Shown: positions 16,869-25,609 of the stretch, piece after piece
How the letters are laid out: each line of letters begins with the position of its first letter
Numbering within the stretch: the first letter of the stretch is position 1
NCBI GenBank assembly: GCA_023139785.1
Contig: JAGLMX010000001.1
Location: 1-27,259 of the forward strand
Length of the DNA: 27,259 bases
DNA from: Candidatus Aenigmatarchaeota archaeon
GTDB lineage: Archaea; EX4484-52; B79-G9
Reading direction: 5' to 3'
Made by a program: the position numbers and the translations under genes
The notes under the pieces: generated by a model
Databases searched by the model: none
Told to the model about the DNA's origin: nothing
What the model saw: only the letters and a program-made list of their open reading frames with translations

Positions 16869-17877
16869 AAATATCCCCCATTTTATCTAATTTTATCGTT
16901 CTCTTTTCTTTAGCAGACAGAAGACCTGCTGTAAGGATTTTTATTGTGCGAAGACCAATTTCACCAGATGCTTTAGGGGTTGTTTTATCTTGTATGCTAC
17001 AGATAAAATCCGTTAGTTCTTCTTTCAATGGTTCTTTCTTTTCTATGCTAAGTTCTACAGGTGCGCTTTTTACGATGTTGTAATATTCTTTATTTTTTTC
17101 GAGGCACTCATTAATTATGATCAGTTTGTTGTTCATTGTGTCAACTTCGGCGCTTCTTTTTTCGCCGGTAATGATAATGTCTCGCATTTTCTTGGGCGTT
17201 AACCATCCGACTTGACAGTATCCGAGTATGTCTTTATTAAATCGTGCAACAATAACTGCTAGATCTTCATTGGAGTTACCTAGATTTCTCGAAGTTATTG
17301 TAGTAATTTCCTCAGGATATACGTCTCCCAAAATATCGCACATTATATCGATATCGTGAACCGCATAGTTTAGTGTTGCACCTACATCATTACGAGGTAA
17401 CTTAAGACCCATCCGTGACGTATATATGCTGTATATTTTTCCGAAAGAACCTGTTTTTAGTTCTTCTTTTAGTTTGTTTATTGCAGAATCATATCTGAAT
17501 AGATGACCCACCATCACGGTTATTTCGTTTTCCTTAGCCAGATCCATTATTTTGTTTGCGTCTTCAACATTCAAAGCCATTGGCTTTTCAATTAAGACAT
17601 GCTTTTTTGCACTGATGAATTCCAATGCAATTCTGTAGTGCATTGACGCGGGCGCGCAAATGCTGACGCCCCGTATTTTTTCGTTAGTAAGAAGCTCTTT
17701 ATATTCTTTTGTGGTTTTTATGGGGTACTTTGCTTCTAGTTCTTTCAATCGGGTTTCATCAATGTCTGCAACCCACACATCCAGACCCAAAGTACAGTAG
17801 TTCCTGATGTGGTTTTCGCCCCATGGACCTGCACCCACCACTCCAATAGACATGCTTTTTTTAGGCATAGAAATCAT
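16861..17877 (-). CDS. wbpB: Gfo/Idh/MocA oxidoreductase (WbpB-like sugar 3-dehydrogenase)
   Basis: GVVGAGPWGENH, HVLIEKPMA, VMVGHLFRY, YAVHDID, EPLKEEL..F. Alternative starts at 17868 and 17853. Confidence 0.82.
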   Translation of the reverse strand: MISMPKKSMSIGVVGAGPWGENHIRNYCTLGLDVWVADIDETRLKELEAKYPIKTTKEYKELLTNEKIRGVSICAPASMHYRIALEFISAKKHVLIEKPMALNVEDANKIMDLAKENEITVMVGHLFRYDSAINKLKEELKTGSFGKIYSIYTSRMGLKLPRNDVGATLNYAVHDIDIMCDILGDVYPEEITTITSRNLGNSNEDLAVIVARFNKDILGYCQVGWLTPKKMRDIIITGEKRSAEVDTMNNKLIIINECLEKNKEYYNIVKSAPVELSIEKKEPLKEELTDFICSIQDKTTPKASGEIGLRTIKILTAGLLSAKEKRTIKLDKMGDICV

Positions 17878-17919
17878 GCAAAGTAATTATTTAATATTTA
17901 TTCATGTTCTTATTATTAT
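17878..17919. promoter_or_regulatory. Bidirectional archaeal-type promoter
   Basis: 42-nt AT-rich gap between divergent ATGs. TTTAATAT about 26 nt before ATG 17920. Shares AAAGTAAT with 2657-2700. Confidence 0.55.
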
Positions 17920-19194
17920 ATGAATCTTTCTGTTATTGGTTGTGGATACGTTGGTCTTGTGACCGCAGTAGGGTTTTCATCTCGCGGGCATGATGTGATA
18001 TGCGTTGACGTGGATGAAAAGAAAGTTGATATGATAAATTCTGGAGAACCACCTATTTATGAGTCAGATCTAGAACCACTCATAAAGTCATGTATTCAAG
18101 AAAAAAAAATTCATGCTACAAAAAACTTTGAAGATGCAGTAAAAAACACACAAATTACTTTTATTTGTGTTGGCACACCCTCTAAAGGGGATGGGGGCAT
18201 GGAGTCTAAATATGTGTTTTCTGTAGCGGACTCCCTGGGCAAGTTTATTGGAAAAAAAGCAGAGTATCATTTAGTTGTTTTTAAGTCAACGATTGTTCCG
18301 GGAACAACAGCGTCTATGATATCGATTATCGAAAAATCGTCTGGCAAGAAAGCAGGCAAAGATTTTGGCGTGTGCATGTCACCGGAATTTCTGAAAGAAG
18401 GCAATGCCCTCGACGATTTTTTTAATCCGGATCGAATAGTTATTGGAGAATTCGATAAGGTTTCGGGAGATGTTCTTGAAAATCTTTTTATCGGCTTTAA
18501 TGCACCAATCCTTCGTACATCCATAAAAGTAGCTGAAACTATAAAGTATGCATCTAATTCATTTCTTGCTATGAAAGTTTCCTTCTCAAACGAGGTTGGA
18601 AATATATGTAAGTTAATGGGTATTGATGTTTATGAGGTTATGACGGGTCTGGGTATGGACGAGCGCATAAGCCCTGAGTTTCTTCGCGCAGGTTGCGGCT
18701 TTGGAGGGTCATGTTTCGGGAAAGATGTTCTTGCATTCATTGATACTTCGAAGAAAATCGGATATGTGCCCTATCTGCTTGAGTCGGTCATGGAGTTGAA
18801 TGAAGCGCAACCAAGTCGCATGATTGAGTTGCTTAAAAAACATACTGCTTTAATGGGCGCAAAGGTTTGTGTTTTGGGTCTCGCATTTAAGCCAGGCACC
18901 GATGACATACGTGATGCCCCGTCTTTGAAAATAGTCAATGAGTTAATCAGTCAAGGTGCAAAAGTGACTGTTTACGATCCTAAAGCAATGGAGAATGCTA
19001 AAAATGTTTTTGGTTCAAACGTAACTTATACAGAATCCGCGGAAGCCGCGGTCTCTCATTCTGATTATGTGTTAATAGTTACTGAATGGGATGAATTTCG
19101 GAACAAACAGCTTTACGTAGATGCGGTTGTGGTCGACGGAAGAAAAATAGATGAAGCCAAAACTGCAAAAGTGTATGAAGGCCTTTGCTGGTGA
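17920..19194 (+). CDS. ugd: UDP-glucose/GDP-mannose 6-dehydrogenase family, Ugd/AglM type
   Basis: IGCGYVG, ICVGTPS, KSTIVPGT, SPEFLKEG, IKYASNSFLA, GFGGSCFGKD (catalytic Cys), GLAFKPGTDDIRDAPS. Confidence 0.9.
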   Translation: MNLSVIGCGYVGLVTAVGFSSRGHDVICVDVDEKKVDMINSGEPPIYESDLEPLIKSCIQEKKIHATKNFEDAVKNTQITFICVGTPSKGDGGMESKYVFSVADSLGKFIGKKAEYHLVVFKSTIVPGTTASMISIIEKSSGKKAGKDFGVCMSPEFLKEGNALDDFFNPDRIVIGEFDKVSGDVLENLFIGFNAPILRTSIKVAETIKYASNSFLAMKVSFSNEVGNICKLMGIDVYEVMTGLGMDERISPEFLRAGCGFGGSCFGKDVLAFIDTSKKIGYVPYLLESVMELNEAQPSRMIELLKKHTALMGAKVCVLGLAFKPGTDDIRDAPSLKIVNELISQGAKVTVYDPKAMENAKNVFGSNVTYTESAEAAVSHSDYVLIVTEWDEFRNKQLYVDAVVVDGRKIDEAKTAKVYEGLCW

Positions 19195-19198
19195 TTAT

Positions 19199-19930
19199 GT
19201 GAAAATAAAATATGGTGTGATTCCTGCGGCAGGGAGGGGTGCGAGAATGGGTTTGTTAACCCGTGCAGTGCCTAAAGAACTTTTACCTGTTGGTGGAAAG
19301 CCCTCGATTCAGTATGCTGTCGAGGCCATGGTTGGAGCCGGCATAGAAAAAATATTCATTATTACTGGATGGAAAAAGCATGCAGTTCTTGATTTTTTCG
19401 GATCTGGAAAAGAGTTTGGTGTAGACATAGCGTATGTTGTTCAGGATGATGTTTGTGGTCTTTCAAAGGCAATTTCTGCTGTAGAACCATTTATAAACGA
19501 ACCTTTTTTGACGATATTGGGAGACGATATATTCTATGGAGAAGGGCTTGTTTCAGGCATAATTTCGGATCACATTAAGCGAAACGCTGTGGCGACCATT
19601 GGTGTGGAACAAGTAAAAGATGTTTCGCGTTTTGGTGTTGTTGTTTCTGACACAACAGGGAAAATAAACACGGTTGTAGAGAAACCAAAACAAGGTATCA
19701 TTAAAACTAATGATGTAGCGTGTGGCATTTATGTTTTTGACAAAACATTATTTGCTGCAGTCCGGCAGACACAACCCGGTGTAAATAATGAGTACCAGCT
19801 TGCAGATGCAATCAATGTGTTGGTGAATGACGAATTGCCTGTTTTTTCGCATAAGATACGGGGGAAACGGATTACTGTTGGATCTATTGAGGATCTTAGA
19901 AAAGCGAATAGGTTTTTTGACGCTGTTTAA
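19199..19930 (+). CDS. Sugar-1-phosphate nucleotidyltransferase (GalU/RmlA/AglF-like)
   Basis: VIPAAGRGAR, PKELLPVGGKP, LGDDIF, FGVV, VEKP, GIYVFD, EYQLADAI. GTG 19199 lies 4 nt after a GGTGA SD that overlaps the ugd stop. Confidence 0.88.
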   Translation: MKIKYGVIPAAGRGARMGLLTRAVPKELLPVGGKPSIQYAVEAMVGAGIEKIFIITGWKKHAVLDFFGSGKEFGVDIAYVVQDDVCGLSKAISAVEPFINEPFLTILGDDIFYGEGLVSGIISDHIKRNAVATIGVEQVKDVSRFGVVVSDTTGKINTVVEKPKQGIIKTNDVACGIYVFDKTLFAAVRQTQPGVNNEYQLADAINVLVNDELPVFSHKIRGKRITVGSIEDLRKANRFFDAV

Positions 19931-19980
19931 TTAGGTGTCGTTTGAAGATACGACGATTATTGTATTTAGGGTGGTTTCGG

Positions 19981-20592
19981 ATGATGATTATTAATTATGG
20001 AGTTGGCAATCTCGGTTCAATTGAGAATATGCTGAAGAAAATCGGTGTTGATTTTTGTAGTTCTTCAGATGTTTCTGAGTTAAAGCGTGCTGATAAGCTG
20101 ATTCTGCCTGGCGTAGGATCCTTTGATGCCGGAATGAAAAACATTAAAGCTTTAGGACTTCTCGATATTTTGAATAAAAAGGTTTTAGGTGAAAAGACGC
20201 CTATTTTAGGCATTTGTCTTGGAATGCAACTTCTTACTGCCGGAAGCGAGGAAGGCATATTGCCTGGTTTGGGCTGGATTGATGCACGGACTGTTAAATT
20301 CAAGTTCAGTATGGCACAAAAACAACTAAAAATTCCGCATATGGGTTGGAACAACATATCATATTCTAAAGAATGCGTATTATTCAAGGAACTGTGTCCG
20401 GAGTCAAGATTTTATTTTGTACATTCTTATCATGTTTTGTGCTCGGATAAAAACCAAGTGGCTGCAACCGCGAATTATGGTTATGAGTTTGCATGCGCTG
20501 TAAATAAAGGAAACATTTTTGGTGTTCAGTTTCATCCCGAAAAAAGCCATAGGTTTGGCATGCAGGTTTTGAAAAATTTTTCTGGAGTTTAG
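19981..20592 (+). CDS. wbuY: HisH-like class I glutaminase subunit (WbuY/AglY type)
   Basis: NYGVGNLGS, LPGVGSFD, LGICLGMQ (nucleophile Cys), FYFVHSYH, QFHPEKS (His-x-Glu). ATG 19981 after GGTGG. Confidence 0.85.
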   Translation: MMIINYGVGNLGSIENMLKKIGVDFCSSSDVSELKRADKLILPGVGSFDAGMKNIKALGLLDILNKKVLGEKTPILGICLGMQLLTAGSEEGILPGLGWIDARTVKFKFSMAQKQLKIPHMGWNNISYSKECVLFKELCPESRFYFVHSYHVLCSDKNQVAATANYGYEFACAVNKGNIFGVQFHPEKSHRFGMQVLKNFSGV

Positions 20593-20593
20593 T

Positions 20594-21346
20594 ATGCTTG
20601 CTACAAGAGTAATCCCGTGCCTGCTTCTTAAAGGAACAGGTCTTGTAAAGACGGTAAATTTCAAGGAGCCGAAATATGTTGGAGATCCCATAAATGCAGT
20701 AAAGATTTTTAATGAAAAAGAAGTTGATGAGTTAGTATTTCTTGATGTTATGGCAACACCAGAGAGCAGGAAGCCTGATTTTGAGCTTATTTCAAAAATT
20801 ACCACCGAGTGCTTCATGCCATTTGCATATGGCGGTGGCATCAATAGCATAGAAACGATAAAAACATTGTTTACATTGGGTGTTGAAAAAGTAGTTCTAA
20901 ATACGGCTGCATTAGAAACGCCATCGCTTGTAAAAGACGCTTCGGCAATTTTTGGAAGCCAAAGTATTGTTGTTTCAATAGATGCCAAAAAAGACCTGCT
21001 TGGCAGGTCTAGATTGTTTATACGCAGTGGAACAAAAAGCACTGGAATCGATCCTGTGCAATTTGCAATACAAATAGAGAAAGCCGGTGCAGGAGAGATA
21101 TTCTTGAATTCAATTGATCATGATGGTTGTATGGATGGATACGATCTTGATTTAATACGCAATGTTTCTGAAGCAGTTAAAATACCTGTGATTGCATGCG
21201 GAGGCGCTGGCAAGCTTGACGACTTTAGAGAGGCAATATGTTTCGGAGCTTCAGCAGTTGCTGCTGGAAGCTTTTTTGTTTTTTATGGACCTCACAAAGC
21301 AGTGCTTATAAATTATCCTTCCCCAAAAGAGCTCAGGGAACTATAA
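20594..21346 (+). CDS. wbuZ: HisF-like glycosyl-amidation-associated protein (WbuZ/AglZ/HisF2 type)
   Basis: RVIPCLLL (canonical HisF is PCLDV, so the catalytic Asp is lost), YVGDPINAVKIFNEKEVDEL, C-terminal AGSFFVFYG..KAVLINYP. Confidence 0.88.
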   Translation: MLATRVIPCLLLKGTGLVKTVNFKEPKYVGDPINAVKIFNEKEVDELVFLDVMATPESRKPDFELISKITTECFMPFAYGGGINSIETIKTLFTLGVEKVVLNTAALETPSLVKDASAIFGSQSIVVSIDAKKDLLGRSRLFIRSGTKSTGIDPVQFAIQIEKAGAGEIFLNSIDHDGCMDGYDLDLIRNVSEAVKIPVIACGGAGKLDDFREAICFGASAVAAGSFFVFYGPHKAVLINYPSPKELREL

Positions 21347-21368
21347 CTCACTTATACGGGGCGATATT

Positions 21369-22487
21369 ATGAGCAACGAATACAAGGTCTGCACAAGATG
21401 TATTATGGATACAACAGACCCTGAGATTAAATTCGGCGATAAAGGAGTATGCAATCACTGTAGACAATACAATATTACTGCAAAGAAATATCTGTTCTCA
21501 GGAAAAGACGGCGAAAGAAGACTTCAGGATCTTTTTTTAAAAGTTCGGCAAAGTGGTATGAATAAGCCGTATGATTGCATAATGGGGCTTAGTGGTGGAG
21601 TCGATAGTACATATGTGGCCTATATTGCAAAGAAACAGGGTTTAAGACCACTTGCGGTACATCTTGACAATGGCTGGAATTCAGAACTTGCTGTTAAGAA
21701 TATTGAGAACATTGTGCGAAAGCTGGATTTGGATTTATACACCCATGTGATTGATTGGGTTGAATTTAGAGACCTTCAAATTTCTTTTTTCAAAGCAGGG
21801 GTAATTGATATAGAAATGCTAACAGATCATGCAATTACCGCGATATTGTATCGATTGGCAAGCAAGCACGGTATAAAATATATATTGAGTGGCAGTAACA
21901 TGGCAACAGAAGGTATAATGCCAACGTCTTGGACGCATAGAAAATCGGATCTTCGAAACATCAAGGCAATTCATAATAGATATGGAAAAGAACAGATGAA
22001 GAGTTTTCCGACTGCAAGTACATTCCAAATATATTTTTGGTATCTTCTTATAAAGCGCATGAAATCGATTAGGGTTTTGGATTATATTGATTATAATAAA
22101 GAAATGGCTATGTCAATAATCGAGAAGGAGCTTGGATGGAAATCATATGGCATAAAACACTATGAATCAATATTCACGCGATTTTATCAGGGGTTTATAC
22201 TCCCCAGCAAATTTGATGTGGATAAAAGAAAGGCACATCTTTCCACACTTATCTGTTCGGGACAGATTTCGCGCGCAGAAGCACTCAAAGAAATTAAAAA
22301 GAATGCTTATGATCACGAGGTGCTAGCGTCAGACAAAGATTTTGTTTTAAAGAAATTGGGTTTCGGCGAAAAACAATTTGAGGAATATGTGAAGAGCAAA
22401 CCAAAAGCTCATTTTGATTATGGTTCTGACGAGTATTTTTTTAAGGTTTTACGTGTCTTAAGTGAGATACTCTATACTAAAACGTGA
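21369..22487 (+). CDS. wbuX: N-acetyl sugar amidotransferase, PP-loop (WbuX/AglX/WbpG/PseA family)
   Basis: CTRC and CNHC zinc motif, YDCIMGLSGGVDST PP-loop, HLDNGWNS, KHYES.FTRFYQ, KFDVDKRK..LS..I.SGQISR.EAL. Confidence 0.9.
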   Translation: MSNEYKVCTRCIMDTTDPEIKFGDKGVCNHCRQYNITAKKYLFSGKDGERRLQDLFLKVRQSGMNKPYDCIMGLSGGVDSTYVAYIAKKQGLRPLAVHLDNGWNSELAVKNIENIVRKLDLDLYTHVIDWVEFRDLQISFFKAGVIDIEMLTDHAITAILYRLASKHGIKYILSGSNMATEGIMPTSWTHRKSDLRNIKAIHNRYGKEQMKSFPTASTFQIYFWYLLIKRMKSIRVLDYIDYNKEMAMSIIEKELGWKSYGIKHYESIFTRFYQGFILPSKFDVDKRKAHLSTLICSGQISRAEALKEIKKNAYDHEVLASDKDFVLKKLGFGEKQFEEYVKSKPKAHFDYGSDEYFFKVLRVLSEILYTKT

Positions 22488-22491
22488 TTTT

Positions 22492-23721
22492 ATGAAAATT
22501 TGCATTATATTGCCTCGCGGATTCCCTCCAGAAATTCGCGTTGAAAAAGAAGCAAGGACACTTTTGAAAGAGGGTCATGAACTTCATCTTATATGTATTC
22601 AAAAAGAATATACTCAGCCATTAGAAGAGCTTGTTCAGGGAATACATGTTCATCGAATTAAAAAGCCGAAAAGGCCATTCGGAAAACTAAGTGGCTTGTT
22701 AACTGTTGAGTTTTTTCTTAATCCTATTTGGACAAGCAAATGGGAGAATAAAATAAAAGAAGTTATAAAAGAACACGGTGTTGATGTTTTAAATGTGCAT
22801 GATTTGCCTGTTGCATATACAACAATAAGAACGGGAAAAAAATATGGCATTCCCATAATTTTTGAAATGCATGAGAATTGGCCTGCGGCTTTAAGTGCTT
22901 GGGGAAAAAGTCACATATATGATCGTCTTTTTATGAATGTGACATTACACAAGATGCTAGAAAAAAAATGTATCAAAGACGCAGATCATATTTTGGTGGT
23001 AGTTGACGAGCAGAAAAAGAGGCTTTTGAAATTAAACATTCCTGAGAAGAAAATCACTGTTGTTTTAAATGTAGAAGATATCAACTATTTTGATAAATTC
23101 TTAATTGACAACGCTCTTGTTTCAAGATATGGTGGAAAGTTCATAATTTCTTATATTGGGGGTATAGGGCCGCATCGTGGGGTGGATACGGCAATCAAGT
23201 CAATGCCCACGGTGCTGAAAAAAATACCTAATGCCAAATTATTGGTTGTTGGAGCAAAGGGCGGAAAATATGTTGACACATTGAAGGTATTGTGCGTGAA
23301 ATTAGGAATTGCCCATATTGTTGAGTTCATAGATTGGGTGCCCTTTGATAAAGTGCCGTCCTACATTGCAGTGAGCCATGTTTGTCTAGTTCCTCATCAT
23401 AGGAGTGAGCATACAGAAACAACAATACCACATAAACTTTTTCAGTACATGGTTATGAAAAAGCCGGTTATAGTGACCGATGTTGCTCCCCTGAAGCGCA
23501 TTGTAGCTGATACTAAAGCGGGTATTGTCGTTTTAGCAGGCAATCCAGAAAAAATGTCTGAAGCGATAGTGTCTTTATCGTCCTCTGAGAGGCAAAGATT
23601 TTTTGGAGAAATGGGGAGAAAATCGGCAGAAAAGAAATATAACTGGTATTTTGAATCAAAAAAACTTATTAGGGTGTATAAAAAATTTGCTAAACATCAA
23701 AAATTGAAAGAGCATTTGTGA
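22492..23721 (+). CDS. GT4 glycosyltransferase
   Basis: FPPEIRVEKEA, HDLP, FEMHENWP, SYIGGIGPHRG, DWVPFD, PHKLFQYM..KKPVIVTD. ATG 22492 after GTGAT. Confidence 0.9.
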   Translation: MKICIILPRGFPPEIRVEKEARTLLKEGHELHLICIQKEYTQPLEELVQGIHVHRIKKPKRPFGKLSGLLTVEFFLNPIWTSKWENKIKEVIKEHGVDVLNVHDLPVAYTTIRTGKKYGIPIIFEMHENWPAALSAWGKSHIYDRLFMNVTLHKMLEKKCIKDADHILVVVDEQKKRLLKLNIPEKKITVVLNVEDINYFDKFLIDNALVSRYGGKFIISYIGGIGPHRGVDTAIKSMPTVLKKIPNAKLLVVGAKGGKYVDTLKVLCVKLGIAHIVEFIDWVPFDKVPSYIAVSHVCLVPHHRSEHTETTIPHKLFQYMVMKKPVIVTDVAPLKRIVADTKAGIVVLAGNPEKMSEAIVSLSSSERQRFFGEMGRKSAEKKYNWYFESKKLIRVYKKFAKHQKLKEHL

Positions 23722-25471
23722 GTGCCATTAAATACGAGCCAATTTCATATGTTCCCTTAAACATTTCGTTAGGATATGTTATTTCCCCTTCTATTGTCAT
23801 AAAGCGTATGGGAATCCCAATTCTGCTTTTTTCAACAAGGTTTTCTTTTAAGATGTTGTTTCCAAATATCCAGCCAAGTGAGTTTAACATGGGCCATTGG
23901 TAATTTTTCCTCCCTCCAGCCAGGATATAATACGATGCGGCGTTGAAGAAAAATGTCTGATGACATTCAAAAAGAAGTTTCCAGTATCTTTGTCTTTTAT
24001 CGAAAGGGCGACGTAAATAAAGGTGTGTTTTTTTAATGAAGGGTATGTCTTCCCACAGGATTGCGCTATCTTCAAGAAACCTTTTGTTTATTGTATGGTC
24101 TATAGTGCGTTCTACATGGCGTAAAACGTCACTTTTGTTTAATATTTTAGAGGCCATGCAGATTCCCCAGAGAGTATACATCTGGTTTTGATGCCGTTTT
24201 GTAGTCATATTGGAGAAAATGAAGAGTCCTTCTCTATCTTGCTTTGGCATAATTTTATTGAGTGCGCGGTCTATCTCTTTTAGAACTGTTTTTTCTTTAA
24301 ACACCTCATAAAAAAAACATAAGCCGAAAAGAACAAGCCCGTCTTCACTATGATTAAAAGAGCAATTTTGTTTCAAGGAGTGATAAAGAGTATATGCAGT
24401 TTCTTTATATTTTTTTTCATTTAGTGTCTGGTATGCTAAAGAAAATGTAATGATGAGCGGGCCGCTACTGTAACTTGGAATGTCTTTTTTCATATCGTTC
24501 TTTATTTTATCACAAAAATATTCCAGCGATTTTTTTATTTTTTTATCATATTTTGGTGTGGCATATTTAGAGGCTCTCCAATACAACAAACCCATTAAAG
24601 CAAAGGAGGAATAACGATAATCTGTTGTCTGCTGTTTTCCCCAAATAATTTGTTTTTTATCAATAGAATATTCAAGACCTCTTGCAATAGATTTTGTTTT
24701 TGAGTCGAAAAACCCATTCTTTTTTGCTGGTCTAAATAGGCAATCAATAGCTTGGTTAAGATAATAAGAATAATCAATTTTTCTTACACACATTACAAAA
24801 TAAGAGGATTTTTCCCAGCTACGATCTTTTGTATATTGCACACTTTTTCTAAATGCTCTTTTGACCGCATAATTTTGTATTGAATTTGGTGCTCTCACTA
24901 AAGAATAATGTAGAGGATGTGGGTATTGATAAATGAATTTACAGTCCTCTAGAAACCACGGACATAAATTTACAAGATTAAAAGCATTTTTTTTAGTGTA
25001 ATATCTAAATTTAGTTTTAGTTTTTTGATAGTATGGAGACTGTGGGGTTGGCACAGAGAAAACAAAAACACCACCTTCTTTTAGCACACGGTATATTTCT
25101 TTTGTCAGTTTATTGATATTTAGAAAAATCCAGTCATACGGTCCTATACATACGATGCCGTCAAAAGAGTTATCCGCATAAGGGATTTTCGGATTTTTTG
25201 GGTGTATTGTGCGGAACTTATTTACTTTTTTTTTGAGAATCTTTTGTGCACATTCATAGGATTGTTTTGAAAAGTCAATTCTTGAGATATCTTGAGATTC
25301 GAGTCCTAGCGTAACTTTGGATTCTGATGCAATATCTAGTACTTTTTTACAACCTCTAGTAAAATTCCATGCAGCACACTTCTCTTCATCACGTAGTTGT
25401 TGCACAATTGGTGGGGCATGATGTTGTTCCACCCATTTCAAAATAAGGTCTCCATTCATAATATTCTCCAT
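23690..25471 (-). CDS. Fusion of a degenerate class I methyltransferase domain and an uncharacterised helical C-terminal domain
   Basis: 593 aa. N-terminal VLDIASES, RIDFS, IPYADNSFDGIVC, YRVLKEGGVFVFSVP; C-terminal ~360 aa of repeated amphipathic helices. Confidence 0.7.
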   Translation of the reverse strand: MENIMNGDLILKWVEQHHAPPIVQQLRDEEKCAAWNFTRGCKKVLDIASESKVTLGLESQDISRIDFSKQSYECAQKILKKKVNKFRTIHPKNPKIPYADNSFDGIVCIGPYDWIFLNINKLTKEIYRVLKEGGVFVFSVPTPQSPYYQKTKTKFRYYTKKNAFNLVNLCPWFLEDCKFIYQYPHPLHYSLVRAPNSIQNYAVKRAFRKSVQYTKDRSWEKSSYFVMCVRKIDYSYYLNQAIDCLFRPAKKNGFFDSKTKSIARGLEYSIDKKQIIWGKQQTTDYRYSSFALMGLLYWRASKYATPKYDKKIKKSLEYFCDKIKNDMKKDIPSYSSGPLIITFSLAYQTLNEKKYKETAYTLYHSLKQNCSFNHSEDGLVLFGLCFFYEVFKEKTVLKEIDRALNKIMPKQDREGLFIFSNMTTKRHQNQMYTLWGICMASKILNKSDVLRHVERTIDHTINKRFLEDSAILWEDIPFIKKTHLYLRRPFDKRQRYWKLLFECHQTFFFNAASYYILAGGRKNYQWPMLNSLGWIFGNNILKENLVEKSRIGIPIRFMTIEGEITYPNEMFKGTYEIGSYLMALTNALSIFDV

Positions 25472-25582
25472 ACAGTTCTAATCACTTGCTTGATATAACA
25501 AGTTTTCATTTACGACATGCATTGTAATAGGACACAGATCCATCCTTTGCTTTTGGAAGTAATACGAACGCAATATTAAAAT

Positions 25583-25599
25583 AGGTATTAAGAATACCT
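25583..25599. promoter_or_regulatory. Perfect 7-bp inverted repeat (operator or terminator candidate)
   Basis: AGGTATT-AAG-AATACCT in the 138-nt intergenic gap, directly followed by ATTTTAATA on the - strand. Confidence 0.35.
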
Positions 25600-25609
25600 C
25601 TTTTGGAAT

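Noticed and set aside
20404-21042. 212-aa - strand ORF
   Set aside because: Antisense shadow of the well-supported hisH/hisF-like genes; no recognisable motifs.
19981-21346. hisH/hisF histidine biosynthesis genes
   Set aside because: The HisF catalytic Asp is replaced (PCLLL), the C-terminus is WbuZ-type, the neighbour is a WbuX amidotransferase, and no other his genes are present.
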